Shown here piece by piece: positions 18,201 through 27,500 of a DNA stretch of 56,518 nucleotides. How positions within the stretch are numbered: position 1 is the first letter of the stretch; each line of letters begins with the position of its first letter. The DNA lies in the IMG/VR virus record IMGVR_UViG_3300045988_112927, positions 1-56,518 of that record; one strand, 5' to 3'. The notes beneath the pieces were generated by a model. It saw nothing but the letters and a program-made list of their open reading frames with translations, had not been told where the DNA came from and searched no databases. Source of the DNA: a virus. A program made the translations under genes and the position numbers.

Positions 18201-18396
18201 GTGAAGCTTTTGTCACAAAATTAGAAACTTTAATACGCTCTCCATTAGTATCATAATATAAATAGCTTCTCCACTCTGTACCAACTTTTTCAGCAGTTAC
18301 ATATAAACTACCTTCGACTATTGGATTAGCGTAAGCGCCATTTACTTTCTTAAGAAGGTTGGTTTCTGTACCGGTTAAAAATTTTACATTTGCCAT
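12244..18396 (-). CDS. giant tail fibre protein (2050 aa)
   Basis: Gly/Ser/Thr/Asn-rich beta-rich composition. YFANGTTYY(I/V)-type segments recur four times. MNTLDGRYVKKSGDTMTGAL is the T4 gp37/lambda Stf-type fibre repeat signature. The N-terminal MANVKFL...GSLYVTAEK module is shared with other fibres. A distinct C-terminal ~150-aa domain follows. Confidence 0.8.
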   Translation of the reverse strand: MANVKFLTGTETNLLKKVNGAYANPIVEGSLYVTAEKVGTEWRSYLYYDTNGERIKVSNFVTKASQDDRNQNIAQTYIKAISMEGTKYASTDGVTLTYTKGDGNTTTILMPVASATTAGTVITGAQTFAGKKTFTGQVVITGGIDAAAATANSGSLLIGSPTGSHIAIDANEIQAKSNGTTASIIYINNDGGTTQFGGNVQPKADNSLSLGTDKLRWKIIYGITINATTFNGALNGNVTGSLNGNAATADKWLNARNITLAEDLQGVVTIDGSKNVTLNARSYSCSVGGGNTANYPWHRIATTGNVTASYNDKEMIIAIRHSYDGGGYGVAKVSLRTNNISTGNTANATIKWLYRYNISKDALQIGLRNTSGNSLADLYYKVGTWPRCTVYQLQGSRSWTLISSTEVDNTTSADKKTSTECYTSISDGATKLGVTYTNTIVASDGATVQEANHASSADGAKTDDMNNVFKTHYLANIGFDGTTNKTTKVVVNLYSGSGALKATVDFPTASASAAGAITTGAQTLTGAKTLDSNGSLTIQKASGFNYSGIENNTGNSARNVWFSHSSNVGTPVKNDKFKFNPGATDTWATIVANATNKVSTSGFAKLIVDVVEGMAARAYADDRGNTISSKYVSSMAFSSTGTTVTLTYKDGTGADLAAINVPVASASSAGVITNAAQTIAGDKTFTGMIYFPNISSGLAKGIQWTVGDNDYARIRAGATASNGGYLEIATADDYNEPIHVRQYSGVFATVKRTLTLLNGSGNTIFPGVPLATSNNAQDIGTTGTRWKEVFAYTFNATTQFKTGGSTFYANSSGDGYFARSVGIRVAPDTNYALKVTDNSLFNGILYFANGTTYYIDNSANAKFNTLTVNSTATFNNGLRVGNNANGDTNYIAFYGTTGDGAGSFNHTYIGENRWGDSESSELLLFKGNDMGSTSSMTAVNGSGPDRIRHVAAGHLFQTYETAVSGSWTAVCDSTVPKTRFEIFTNGTRTHGTAYFAGGSTYYINSSGHTFLPIVSVGGAANIGYNLYVQGTSYLNGNVYLPKNGNIYAIGTQATTSLIRVIDNTSDAHGNGISIGGGGVTIIGAGESAQSMSVAGGTEVLYLLADGAVNIEANADTIANRIGIQVTTAGAVIPVKAEVGQANAQSIGTSGNYFNGMYTRWLHTNMGGSGSDGGITLYNASSSYAIYFRQTSSAGTHSYVTSDWATYFTMSDTGNRGWIFKRGSTNVASISGLGYISGNRLMLNRAGGNTNGRIYWYHPNYYTWVDYMSDPQDGLCPTNGKPSTTTEVTSWARRSLIENAAGYGWIWEATSNASVAATTKPTARMSLSSNTGRLRIEGNASSSSNVTGQLIVSSELNGGSGNVGIELWRGGNASWQLANEGGVFSIRCNYNSAKQTTYSVYGLIMDHTTGAASLPYLALGQTSRNTSYRLYVNGTTKFDGNVTHNGITYFANGTTYYVNSSAQAHLNNVSIGGVDFGHKLYVKGTSSFNGNTYIDVAAINVGLWFRESSVETLGMYVSKIGTAATQSTASDGTVTTTNGTAGVMVLRIGNNKDVASTSGAHNARGNLWIYGTRTAYTNIQSAVATSNRTVTIPNASGYMGVHLGRLVYSTTRTANQDVNWYLPLINSTDGQIYSSDGARLRCYYYYQAANIGFMRMTLGNAYKVNETTGNQRGEIYLYSAGEGYNALIATTSDANYTNYLPASSGTLLNTATYMNTLDGRYVKKSGDTMTGALTTTYLTVTAQNTAHEGGEIKLNPATSSYKTICIDSYDNYFRLHDGANERFKVDMTNGTVIAAKFNGPATEVKANQSAPAYNQTLTYFSGQIPLGTAAGNAYAGSSNNRNLWSFPAGNGDENGSVANVQVLRMSWGTTYWQEIFCNPNHFQLWYRAVRSGTADAWKRIWIEGNSVTGAVWNDYAECREADTTEYGYVLTETGKDSLTKTTERLQHFAGVSSDTWGFSQGETEKAKTPIAVAGRVLVYTYQDRNNYKPGDCVCAAPGGTVDIMTREEIINYPDRIVGTVSCVPTYEEWGGGEGSDRDPVKVNGRIWIKVK

Positions 18397-18493
18397 AAAA
18401 TTTTATAAACCTCCTTTTTCGCTTAAATTTATTTTTATCATCTATAATATCTTAAAATTCTCGCAAGCAATATTTTTATATTCTGGCCAAATA

Positions 18494-18529
18494 AGAAAAA
18501 GGGGGAGAAGTATTAAAACTTCTCCCCCT
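18494..18529 (-). terminator. rho-independent terminator (minus strand) after the 199-aa gene
   Basis: GGGGGAGAAG (18501-18510) pairs with CTTCTCCCCC (18519-18528), with an 8-nt loop. The A5 run at 18496-18500 on the + strand becomes a U-tract after the stem on the minus strand. Confidence 0.6.
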
Positions 18530-18534
18530 ATAAT

Positions 18535-19134
18535 TTATAGAGTAATCCAATAAACGTCTTTATCTGCAATTTCTTTTGCAACCTCAAGGATTTGCTCAAG
18601 ATAACTTGCATAATATTCTTTATCAGAATTTTCCCATTCTTCTGGGTCAACGTCAATACCATGTAATACTTTACTCGTAGCAGCTGTTGTACTTAAGTTA
18701 TATAATAACTTCTTTTCCGTATTGATACTGTCTAATAAGTAAAATCTTATTGAATACTGAACATCACCTGCGGCCTTGGTTGCCTCGCCTTCGATTGCCC
18801 AAGGGAAAAGCATCTCATTGGTGTCTGAAAAAGTATCGACATCATAGTAAGGTACCGCATATACACGACCCTCGCCAGCCGCGTTAATATATTGAATAAC
18901 GCAGACTAGCTTTGAAAGGTCGATTGTATCAAAATAACGAGGGCATCTAAAATAGATAACCTCTGAACGGTGGTCAGCTTCTACGCTTAAATACTCAGGC
19001 GCTTCAATTTGACGAGCCGCTAAATCGACTGTGTAAATCTTCTCAGTGCCTGGAAGCAAGATGGCTAAGCTAGGCTTGTTTTCATCTTGAATTTCGTAAA
19101 GTAAACTTAGATATTCTTGAGATTCTGTTGTCAT
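18535..19134 (-). CDS. structural protein (199 aa), paralogous to the N-terminal half of the 671-aa protein
   Basis: It shares a block with ORF 19168-21183: VIYF..PRYFDTIDL...FPW...AG.VQYSIRFY...YNLSTT against IVYF..NRFYDAIDL...FGW...AGTIQFAVRFY...YSLSTL. Confidence 0.5.
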   Translation of the reverse strand: MTTESQEYLSLLYEIQDENKPSLAILLPGTEKIYTVDLAARQIEAPEYLSVEADHRSEVIYFRCPRYFDTIDLSKLVCVIQYINAAGEGRVYAVPYYDVDTFSDTNEMLFPWAIEGEATKAAGDVQYSIRFYLLDSINTEKKLLYNLSTTAATSKVLHGIDVDPEEWENSDKEYYASYLEQILEVAKEIADKDVYWITL

Positions 19135-19167
19135 AAGCCCAAACCCTCCTTGTTAATCTTGCTTTAA

Positions 19168-21183
19168 TTAAGCGTTTACAACTCGGAAGAATCTGGAATT
19201 CTTAGAAGCTTCTGTGCCATTATATACGTTAGTAACCTGGCAGAAGAAGTAACCATCAGTAGCTGGCTGATATGTAGGTTCTGTAGCGCCTTCCATAGCA
19301 ATGTCGTTGTCAATCTCGTATGTACCTGCATCAGCTTTAGCAACGTCTTCTTCAACGTTTCCATTTAAGCCGGCAAAGTATCTATACCATTGATACTTAA
19401 TAGTATCTTCGCCATCTACACGCTGACATAACTCACCACTGGTTGAAGGAATCTCAGCCGCAATAGTAAGTCTCTCATTATCATTAGTAATATCAGTTAA
19501 CTTGAAGTTTAAGTCTCCAATAACGCTGATATTGCACTGTGTAGCTGGGTGAGTTACACGACAAATTCCAGACTCAAGTGTATCTGCTTCTTTATTTAAG
19601 TTGTTAGTAATAGCAACTTTGTAATAACCATCACCAACGCCACCAGTAGTAGGATTCTCTTCCTCTGTACCATCAATAGTTAAAGCCTTGTCGGTTGCAC
19701 CATCAATAGCAACGAAAGCCTTCTCTCCTGGAGCCTTTCTATACCACTGATATGTCATCTTACCAGCATCTGAAACAGTAGGAGCTGGCTCAAGAGTAAC
19801 ATCAAAACTCTCTCCCTCAAGAATTGCTCTCTGTGGAAGATTGTCTTCATCAGTCGCAATTACTGGCTTAACAGGTCTTGGAACAATAAGAGTCTTTGTT
19901 ACTGTGGTAGCTGTTGACTGGCGCACACGGTTAGTAGCGATTACATAATACTTACCTACACCATCAATAGTACCAGTAGAGAACTTCTCATATACACCAA
20001 GGATAGGATAATCATCGCTTTCTTTATCCAATGTACCTGAGTAAAGTACGAATGAACTTAAAGAAGCATCTGTAGGCTGATAATATAATACACCATCTCT
20101 TCTTACAGTATCCTTTGTCTTAGCCATAGTAATTTCATGGTGAATATCCATTCTACTATTGTCGTCAATATTGTATTTCTTCCAAATATATGAAATCTGT
20201 CCAGCATCAGGAGCGATAGCCTGAACGTCATATGTGTAAGGAACAGTTCTGAAACCATCTGCATCAAGGTCAAGGTCTTTATGCTCGATAAGGTCTTTAA
20301 CCCAAATAGGAGTTTCAGCTTTAACAGCACCATTAGTAACTTCTGAGTTTTCAAATCTATCAGAAATCATACCAGTAGCATCATCAATTAACTGCTTATC
20401 TAAAATAATAGCAGGTAAGTCGAAGTCTAATGCTGGCTTAATTACTGCGGTCTGTGTTAATGTTGATAATGAATATGTTAAGATATCATTATCTTGGTCG
20501 AATTCATAGAAACGTACAGCGAACTGAATTGTTCCTGCCTTCTGAGTAATCTTTGAAGATAGAGGCCAACCAAAGATAATATAACCAGGCTCGCTCTCTA
20601 CGTCTTTTACCCAAGGTACAGATACACCATCAATTGGCTTACCTTCTGCGTCAGTTGCGGCAGAGCGCCACTGAATATAGATATCTTTTGTATCTAAGTC
20701 AATAGCATCATAGAATCTATTGATTTTGAAATATACGATTTCAGCAATTTCATCACCCTGAACTGCAATTCCGTTTGTAGCAAAGCTCTTTGGAACTGTA
20801 ATAGTTCTTGAGTTAGCGTCAATCTCAAATACATCCTCATCTAAAGGAAGAATAGTATATCTACGATTAATCTCATTCAACTGAACAATATAAGAGAAAT
20901 ATTCATCTAATGATGTAATGTCATCTGAAATAAAGTATGACTTAGAAGCATCAAATGAATTCTCGGTGCATAAAACATACCCTTTTTCGGAATCTTCGAT
21001 AAAGTATCTGCCAGGAGTATAAGTCTCTGCAGTAAGAGTAACTGGGTCAAATCCTTTTACAGCGTTACTATCACCATACTGCACCTTGTTACCATTAGAA
21101 TCATGGGTTCTCAAGTCTTCTGATGCTCTGCTATAAAGGAAAGAATACTTATCGGCATTCGCTTTATTAACATAAGTAATCAT
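19168..21183 (-). CDS. structural protein with C-terminal Ig-like domains (671 aa)
   Basis: The N-terminal domain is paralogous to the 199-aa protein. The C-terminal third has three repeats, each fitting an Ig I-set-like pattern (SYIWKKY, TYQWYRKAPG...DGYYKVAITN, KYQWYRYFAG...DGYFFCQVTN). Confidence 0.55.
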   Translation of the reverse strand: MITYVNKANADKYSFLYSRASEDLRTHDSNGNKVQYGDSNAVKGFDPVTLTAETYTPGRYFIEDSEKGYVLCTENSFDASKSYFISDDITSLDEYFSYIVQLNEINRRYTILPLDEDVFEIDANSRTITVPKSFATNGIAVQGDEIAEIVYFKINRFYDAIDLDTKDIYIQWRSAATDAEGKPIDGVSVPWVKDVESEPGYIIFGWPLSSKITQKAGTIQFAVRFYEFDQDNDILTYSLSTLTQTAVIKPALDFDLPAIILDKQLIDDATGMISDRFENSEVTNGAVKAETPIWVKDLIEHKDLDLDADGFRTVPYTYDVQAIAPDAGQISYIWKKYNIDDNSRMDIHHEITMAKTKDTVRRDGVLYYQPTDASLSSFVLYSGTLDKESDDYPILGVYEKFSTGTIDGVGKYYVIATNRVRQSTATTVTKTLIVPRPVKPVIATDEDNLPQRAILEGESFDVTLEPAPTVSDAGKMTYQWYRKAPGEKAFVAIDGATDKALTIDGTEEENPTTGGVGDGYYKVAITNNLNKEADTLESGICRVTHPATQCNISVIGDLNFKLTDITNDNERLTIAAEIPSTSGELCQRVDGEDTIKYQWYRYFAGLNGNVEEDVAKADAGTYEIDNDIAMEGATEPTYQPATDGYFFCQVTNVYNGTEASKNSRFFRVVNA

Positions 21184-21297
21184 TCAATCGTCCAATCCTT
21201 TCTTAAAATTTATTTTCAATGAAGGAGCCTACGCAAGCCGTAAACCCCTCCATCGACTTCTTTCAAAAATATTTGAAAAAAGAATAGTTTATAATAA

Positions 21298-21516
21298 TCA
21301 TTTCTGACCAGTTGGAGCTTTTACTTCTCTCCAGTTTTCAAGTTCACCTTCTGGAATCATAACTGACTCGACATAATTCTTATTATCTCTAGTAAGCTTT
21401 AAGCCTTCATCAGCCTGAAGAAAATATTTACGAGTATAGTAAATATCTTCTAAATGAACGGGACTAGTAATAGTCCCGTTCGTACCAAGGTAAACATAAT
21501 AAACAGTTTTTGTCAT
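21298..21516 (-). CDS. hypothetical small protein (72 aa)
   Basis: An ORF between two structural genes on the same strand. No motif recognised. Confidence 0.4.
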   Translation of the reverse strand: MTKTVYYVYLGTNGTITSPVHLEDIYYTRKYFLQADEGLKLTRDNKNYVESVMIPEGELENWREVKAPTGQK

Positions 21517-21534
21517 TATTTTTTACCCCCTTTA

Positions 21535-24500
21535 TTATGCGCTAACATAGCTAATAGTGCCGACAATAGTTGAACCGCTTGAATCTACAGCTAATGAAGG
21601 TAAGATTTCTGCCTCCACTCTTGCCTTAACAGCATCACTTACGTCACCGAAGAATGTTACTGTCATAATCTTACGAGTTCTATTCTGCGCGAAAGGTTGA
21701 GTTCCGAAATCAGCGATTCTAGTAGGAGCTCCTTTCTTACCGAAGTTAACTACGAATGCTGGTTCGTTACCATTACCAATACCAGAAGAATAAGCAAACG
21801 CCTGCGCACCGATATATTCCACAGAAGCTGGAATATTTAATGTTACAGTTGTTGAAGAGCGAAGCGCACCAGAGAATACGTAATTATCAATGTAAGTCAA
21901 AGATGAATTACTGAAATTCAATGGAGCTAAATATGAACATTGTGAGAAGCAACTTTCACCTAAGTAAGTAACTGATTTTGGTAAATCAAAATATTTCAAA
22001 GATGTTAAGTTTTGGAATGTCATTCTAGCTACTTCTAGTACTTGAGGTGTTCCATCCCAGAAGACATGAGTCACTGGAGATGCTTGGAAGCCCGCAATAG
22101 AGATTACAGGTTTATTATTATAAGTAGTAGGAAGAGTTACTTTACCTGATAATGAGATATTAGGTTGTAATCTATAACCACTTGTAATTACGCCTGTTAG
22201 AGGGTCTTCAAAGTCATACTCGATAAAATCGAAATATTTAGAATCTGTTGCACTAGCGTATACGCTTTCTTTTAAGAATACTCCATAGAACTGAGTATTC
22301 TGAGTTGCTAAAATTGAACTGATATTTACTAACTTAGCTTCATTCTCATTTGTTACGATAAGTTGTTTAATATTTTGAGTCCATCCTAAGAATCTATATC
22401 TTTCTTCGTCTCCTAAGTCATCTTCTGGTATAGAAGGAATAATACTTGGAGCACTTAATACTTCACCATGAGTAATGTTTTCGCTATACCAAGTTGTCAT
22501 ACTACTCTCGTTTGCGCCAGCCATATACTCAATAGTCCATTTATGAACTGTGAAGATTGCATAGAATGTGTAATCTGTTTTACCAGACTCTAACTTCAAA
22601 GCATTCCATGCGGCAGCCTGTTCCTCCGCACTTGCAGACGCGCTCGCAATCAAACCACTCATATCATTAGTTGTTGACCAACCGTGGAAATCGTAGTTAT
22701 CTTTTACTGGAGCATAAATTTCATATGGATTTGTGAACCATTCTCCAGAGCCAATCTTCTGAACTGAAGGTTCAGTATTATTAGCATCCTTGTTTGGAAC
22801 GTAATTCCATGTTCCATCGTCTTCTTGCAAGATGAAACGAGCTGAATTTGCAGGAGTAACAGTCTTGAAGAATACTGTTAAACCAGGGAAGTTCTTAACT
22901 AAAGTATTTCTTACCCAAAGTTCATCTATAGCCTCATCATTAGCAACATACATAATACCAGTAATGTTAGGAATTGTACTTCCTTCATTTGTACTGATAT
23001 ATAAACCATTAGTGATGAACTCTTTGAACATTTCTACATCAGCAATCTGATTGATATCTTCATCAGAGATTGTTTCATCAAGTCTATATAATTCACCATT
23101 TAATACCTGGATATCAAATGTTGAAGCATTATAAGTATATTCAGAGAAACCATAGTGTCCGTTGTCAACGAAGTATTTAGCTGAGCTATCGTATACATCA
23201 CCTTCAACTAACTGAACATATGGAGACCAGTTAACTTTAGTCATTGCAATTTGAGAATATTGAGCAGTTTGCTTACTTCTCAAATCAAAATATTTCTTTA
23301 AGAGTTTGTAACTATCATATCCAAGAGCACCACCTAAAAGGCTTAAGGTGCTAATAGACGTAGTTCCTTCACCCTCGAACATACCTTGTAAGTATAGTCC
23401 TTTTTCCGCAACTAATTCTCCATGAGCATTTGCTTCTGGGTAATGATACTCAGTAATTAAGTGAGTAAGCAAGTTCGCTTCAGTTAATGATAATCTTGTG
23501 ATTGATGTTGGTAAATACAATGTATTAAGAGCAACACCATCAGCGAATGAGATATCTGTGAAGTTAGAACCAGTAGCACGGAAGTTCTGTAATTTTTCAC
23601 AAGATGTCAAATCAAGTACTGGAGTACCTGTATTTATTGTGATGTTACAGAAGTTAACCTCTTTTAATAGTGGCATACCTGTTGCGTCTCTACCTGCTGG
23701 GATTGATGGCTGGTTAACTTTATTATTATACCATGTATAATAATTCTTTCCATCAACTGTTACAACAGTGTTGTTTCCAGAAACATCTACGCCCTCTGGA
23801 ACTTCCATAAGTCCGTCGTAACCCATCTTCAAAGTAGTTAACTTAGAAGCGTCGCCAGAGATTTCAAACTCTTGCCAGTATAAGTTACTCATATCACCTA
23901 AGTCAGCCATTTGATTTAAGCCGTATACATATAACAACTGCTCTGGGTAGTTATTACTCTTACGAACACCATTTTCAATAGCGTCGATATTGAATTTAAC
24001 TGGATTAATACCATCATACTTCTTAGATGGATAAGCCTCGTTGTCGTCACTTACTGTTACATAAGAGCTTCGAATTGGAGTAAGATTTAACCAATACTCT
24101 GCATCAAACAAGTTGGTCTTCTTTCCATCTGCGCCATAGTATGGAGCACCAGAAGTTTCAACCCAGATATCTGAAGTCTTTGTAGCGTTGTTAGCAGCCA
24201 CACGACCACGGATACGATTAGCACCACCACGTTGGTAGTTACCTTGATTTAACCAAGAGTCAATATACTCAATACGGTTTGTCAAGAACTGCTGTCTTGA
24301 TAATGAACGGTCACCTTGTAATGCATAGAAATAAGTTCCGTTTGCATCATATGTGTAAGTACCAGTAGTATCAGAAGAAATATGACCTGTAGTACCATCT
24401 TTGTAACCTTTACTATTTGTAATAGTAATATACTTGTAATACTCATCTAAGTTGGTTGCAATTAAAGGTCTTTCACCTCTCATTGCGATACAACCAGTTA

Positions 24501-27500
24501 CTTTAGGGTCGAATTTATACCAACCTTCAATTCTATCAATGCTATATAATGGAGCATTCTTCAACTGTGACCAACTTACATTATTAGTAACACCTTTTAA
24601 GTGTTTATACTTCATAAGGATGTAAGAATCTTTGAAGTACTTGTAGAAGTTATTCCAAAGAACTGAATCAGAAGTTGAATAGTTACCAGCTTCAGTAGCA
24701 TCAACATTATATTCGAATGAAGGAATACCGGTATTGTTAATACCTAACTGTGTATCAATATCATAGAAGATTGGATACCATACATAGTCTCCGCCTGCTT
24801 TTTGAGGACCCCAAGAAGCCCACATTGCGTTCTTACCACGTGAGTCGTAACACTCAAATACTTCAGTCATAATAAAATAAGTAGCTAAGTATTCGATATC
24901 AAAGTGGTCTGCGAGTTCATTTACGAACTTAGCAGCACGATATTCTTTAGTATCATGAGTATATGTCTTATTACCATACTTAACCTGGATAGCTTCATAG
25001 AATTTACCTGGTTCATAATTTGCACTTGTAACCTCGGCTACAGTTACACATTTACCAGCTTCTGTTTGACTTCCATCGTAGTTATAATATGTCTTGCCTT
25101 CTGTAAAGTAAGAATCCTCACAAATCTTAACGATTAAATCTGTCTTTGACTTATAAGAATCGTCCTCTACTAATCTATAATATGCGCATGAATTATCAAA
25201 GTCTTGTTCACTTCTTAATACATAAGAACCATTTACGAGTTCGTAGAACTTGTTAGCTTCATACATTAAGGTTGAATCAACTGCATAAGCATTTACATAA
25301 CTTTGAGTACTGCTATCATATTTGTAGTAAACCTGATTAAATACATAATCATCATCAGATAATACATACTGTCCATCTTCTGTAAAGATATAATATGTAC
25401 CTGGAACATATAAAGTGTTACCAACATTTACTTCTTCGTAAGTACCTTGAGAAGGAACCATATCAGTATTTGTTGACCATACCCATTTATTTACTTTCTC
25501 CCAGTTTTCATATAACTTGTAAAGAAGATTGCGGCCGCCCTCATATTCTCCGGCTGATGGGTCAAAGTAGTACTCTTCACCATACTCCTCAACGATTGCA
25601 GCAATATCATCTGGTTTAGCTTCATTCATTGCATATAAAACATCAAGAGCGTCTTCATTACTATTGTAACGATATTCTACATGGTCTGCAACAATTGGAG
25701 CTTTTGCTGAAGTGAACTCATTAGCTACTCCACTTGGAGCCTTAAAGCTTAACTCCATTCTTCCCCATGGGTCTCTAAATGAACAGAAACCACGGTTATT
25801 GTTTGAGAATTCCCAACATTCTACAATGTCACGAACTTTCTTGCCATCAAGATAATTAGCAGTTACTTTCTTGCTTGGCTTGAAACCATAGCATTCATCA
25901 GAACCTTTATCAAGAAGCATTCTATACAAACCGATGAACTGATAACTTCCATCAGATTTCTTATGGAAAGCTAATACTGGGAAACCTTGAACTGAAGTTC
26001 TATATTCATTCCAGTTAATTTCTCCAGTTACAGAACTCTTTAATTCGTCTGTATTACTCAATGCGCCTGCCGCAACATAGTCCTGTAAAGGATGCTTTGA
26101 ATAAGCATTATATACTAAGTTAGCAAAACCGCCATTGTATGAACCAGAAGACTCCATGAAGTCAACTTTCATAGTCCATTTATTAGTTCCATTTGTATAG
26201 TTATCTAAATACCAATAAGACTGACGAGATTCCTCATCTCCTAATTCAATTTCCTTGTTTGCAATCTTCTCTTGGTCATCAAGATAAGTCTGCGCCCAAG
26301 GTCCTCTATTTAAGAAGATATGAATTCTTTCTTGCTCATCTGCATCATATTTGGTCTTTGTCTTAATTTTATAATTACGTCTTGGATAGAACTCTGAAGA
26401 TGTACCTTGTACAGCCATTTCAATGTTTTCACCTTTCCAAGAAGGACAGTGATGTTTATAGTAAAGCTTAACAGCTGCTTCTTTTTCTTCTGCCGTAGAT
26501 TTATCAGTGAATAAGCCATCAGCCTTAGCCAATTCTTCCAATTCACCAGAAGCATAAGCTCTATCTAAACCTGTATTAACAAATTCAACTCCAATGCTTA
26601 ACTTAGTTTTCTTTGAATAAGAAAGCTTATCGTTATTATTAGTATTGGTTGTATCAAAAATGATATAAGGCATAATTGGAGCATCTGGATGGTCTTCATT
26701 ATACTTAATCATATTTGTATAGTTGAACTGATATTCATTGATTGCTAAGTTTTCTTCTGCTAACTTATTTTGGTCGTACATAGTAACGTCTCTTAAGTCT
26801 ACAGAATAGTTTGTTACAATATCATTTACATTCAAATCAGTGTTATAAACTCTGATTTTGTATAAGTCAATATCGCAATAGTTAGAGTTAAATACCATTG
26901 CGGCAGAGTTGATAATAAACTGTCCTGCTACAGTAGATTTAATAACTCCAGTGATAACACCATTGATATAGATATACATTAACTTAGAAGTATGAGAATA
27001 AACCATACTAATGTTAACCATCTTATCTTCAACGTAGTTTACGTTTACAGTGTTTGTTCCGTTTGAGAAGAATGCGTCCTGAGGTCCTAAAGCGAAACCT
27101 ACTGCACTATTTTCATCGCCTGAGTAGTATCCGCAGATAACTCGGTCAAGTGAGATTTCCTTCTGAACGTAATCAAACTCTAAGCTATCATATTCAACAC
27201 GAGTTTCATCTACATCTAACTCATAGATAGGTAAGTAATATTGTAAGAAAGCATCGTAGTTACTATACTTACTCTGAGCCTTAAATGCTGTATAGAATTT
27301 ATCGTCTGATTTATAACGAGTTACATTGTGGATTAAGTTTGAGTAATCCTGTACGTTTCTAACCTTGAATTGAACTTCAATAGAGTTAGACTGCTTAGAA
27401 CTATCTGTTGAAGCAAATGTCATAGCTCCTAAAGGAATAGAGAATTTTGCTCCATTTGAAATTCTTAAGCAAGTATTGTTATCATCATCAAGAACCCAAC

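Noticed and set aside
18397-18493. Promoter for the 2050-aa fibre gene (TTGCTT ... TATAGA on the minus strand)
   Set aside because: It has only 4/6 matches in each hexamer with an 18-nt spacer, which is too weak to call from sequence alone. The gene may be read through from upstream past the partial terminator.
21184-21297. Possible tRNA in the GC-rich intergenic island
   Set aside because: It has no T-loop (GTTCGANTC-like) or acceptor-stem complementarity. No other intergenic region is long enough for a tRNA.
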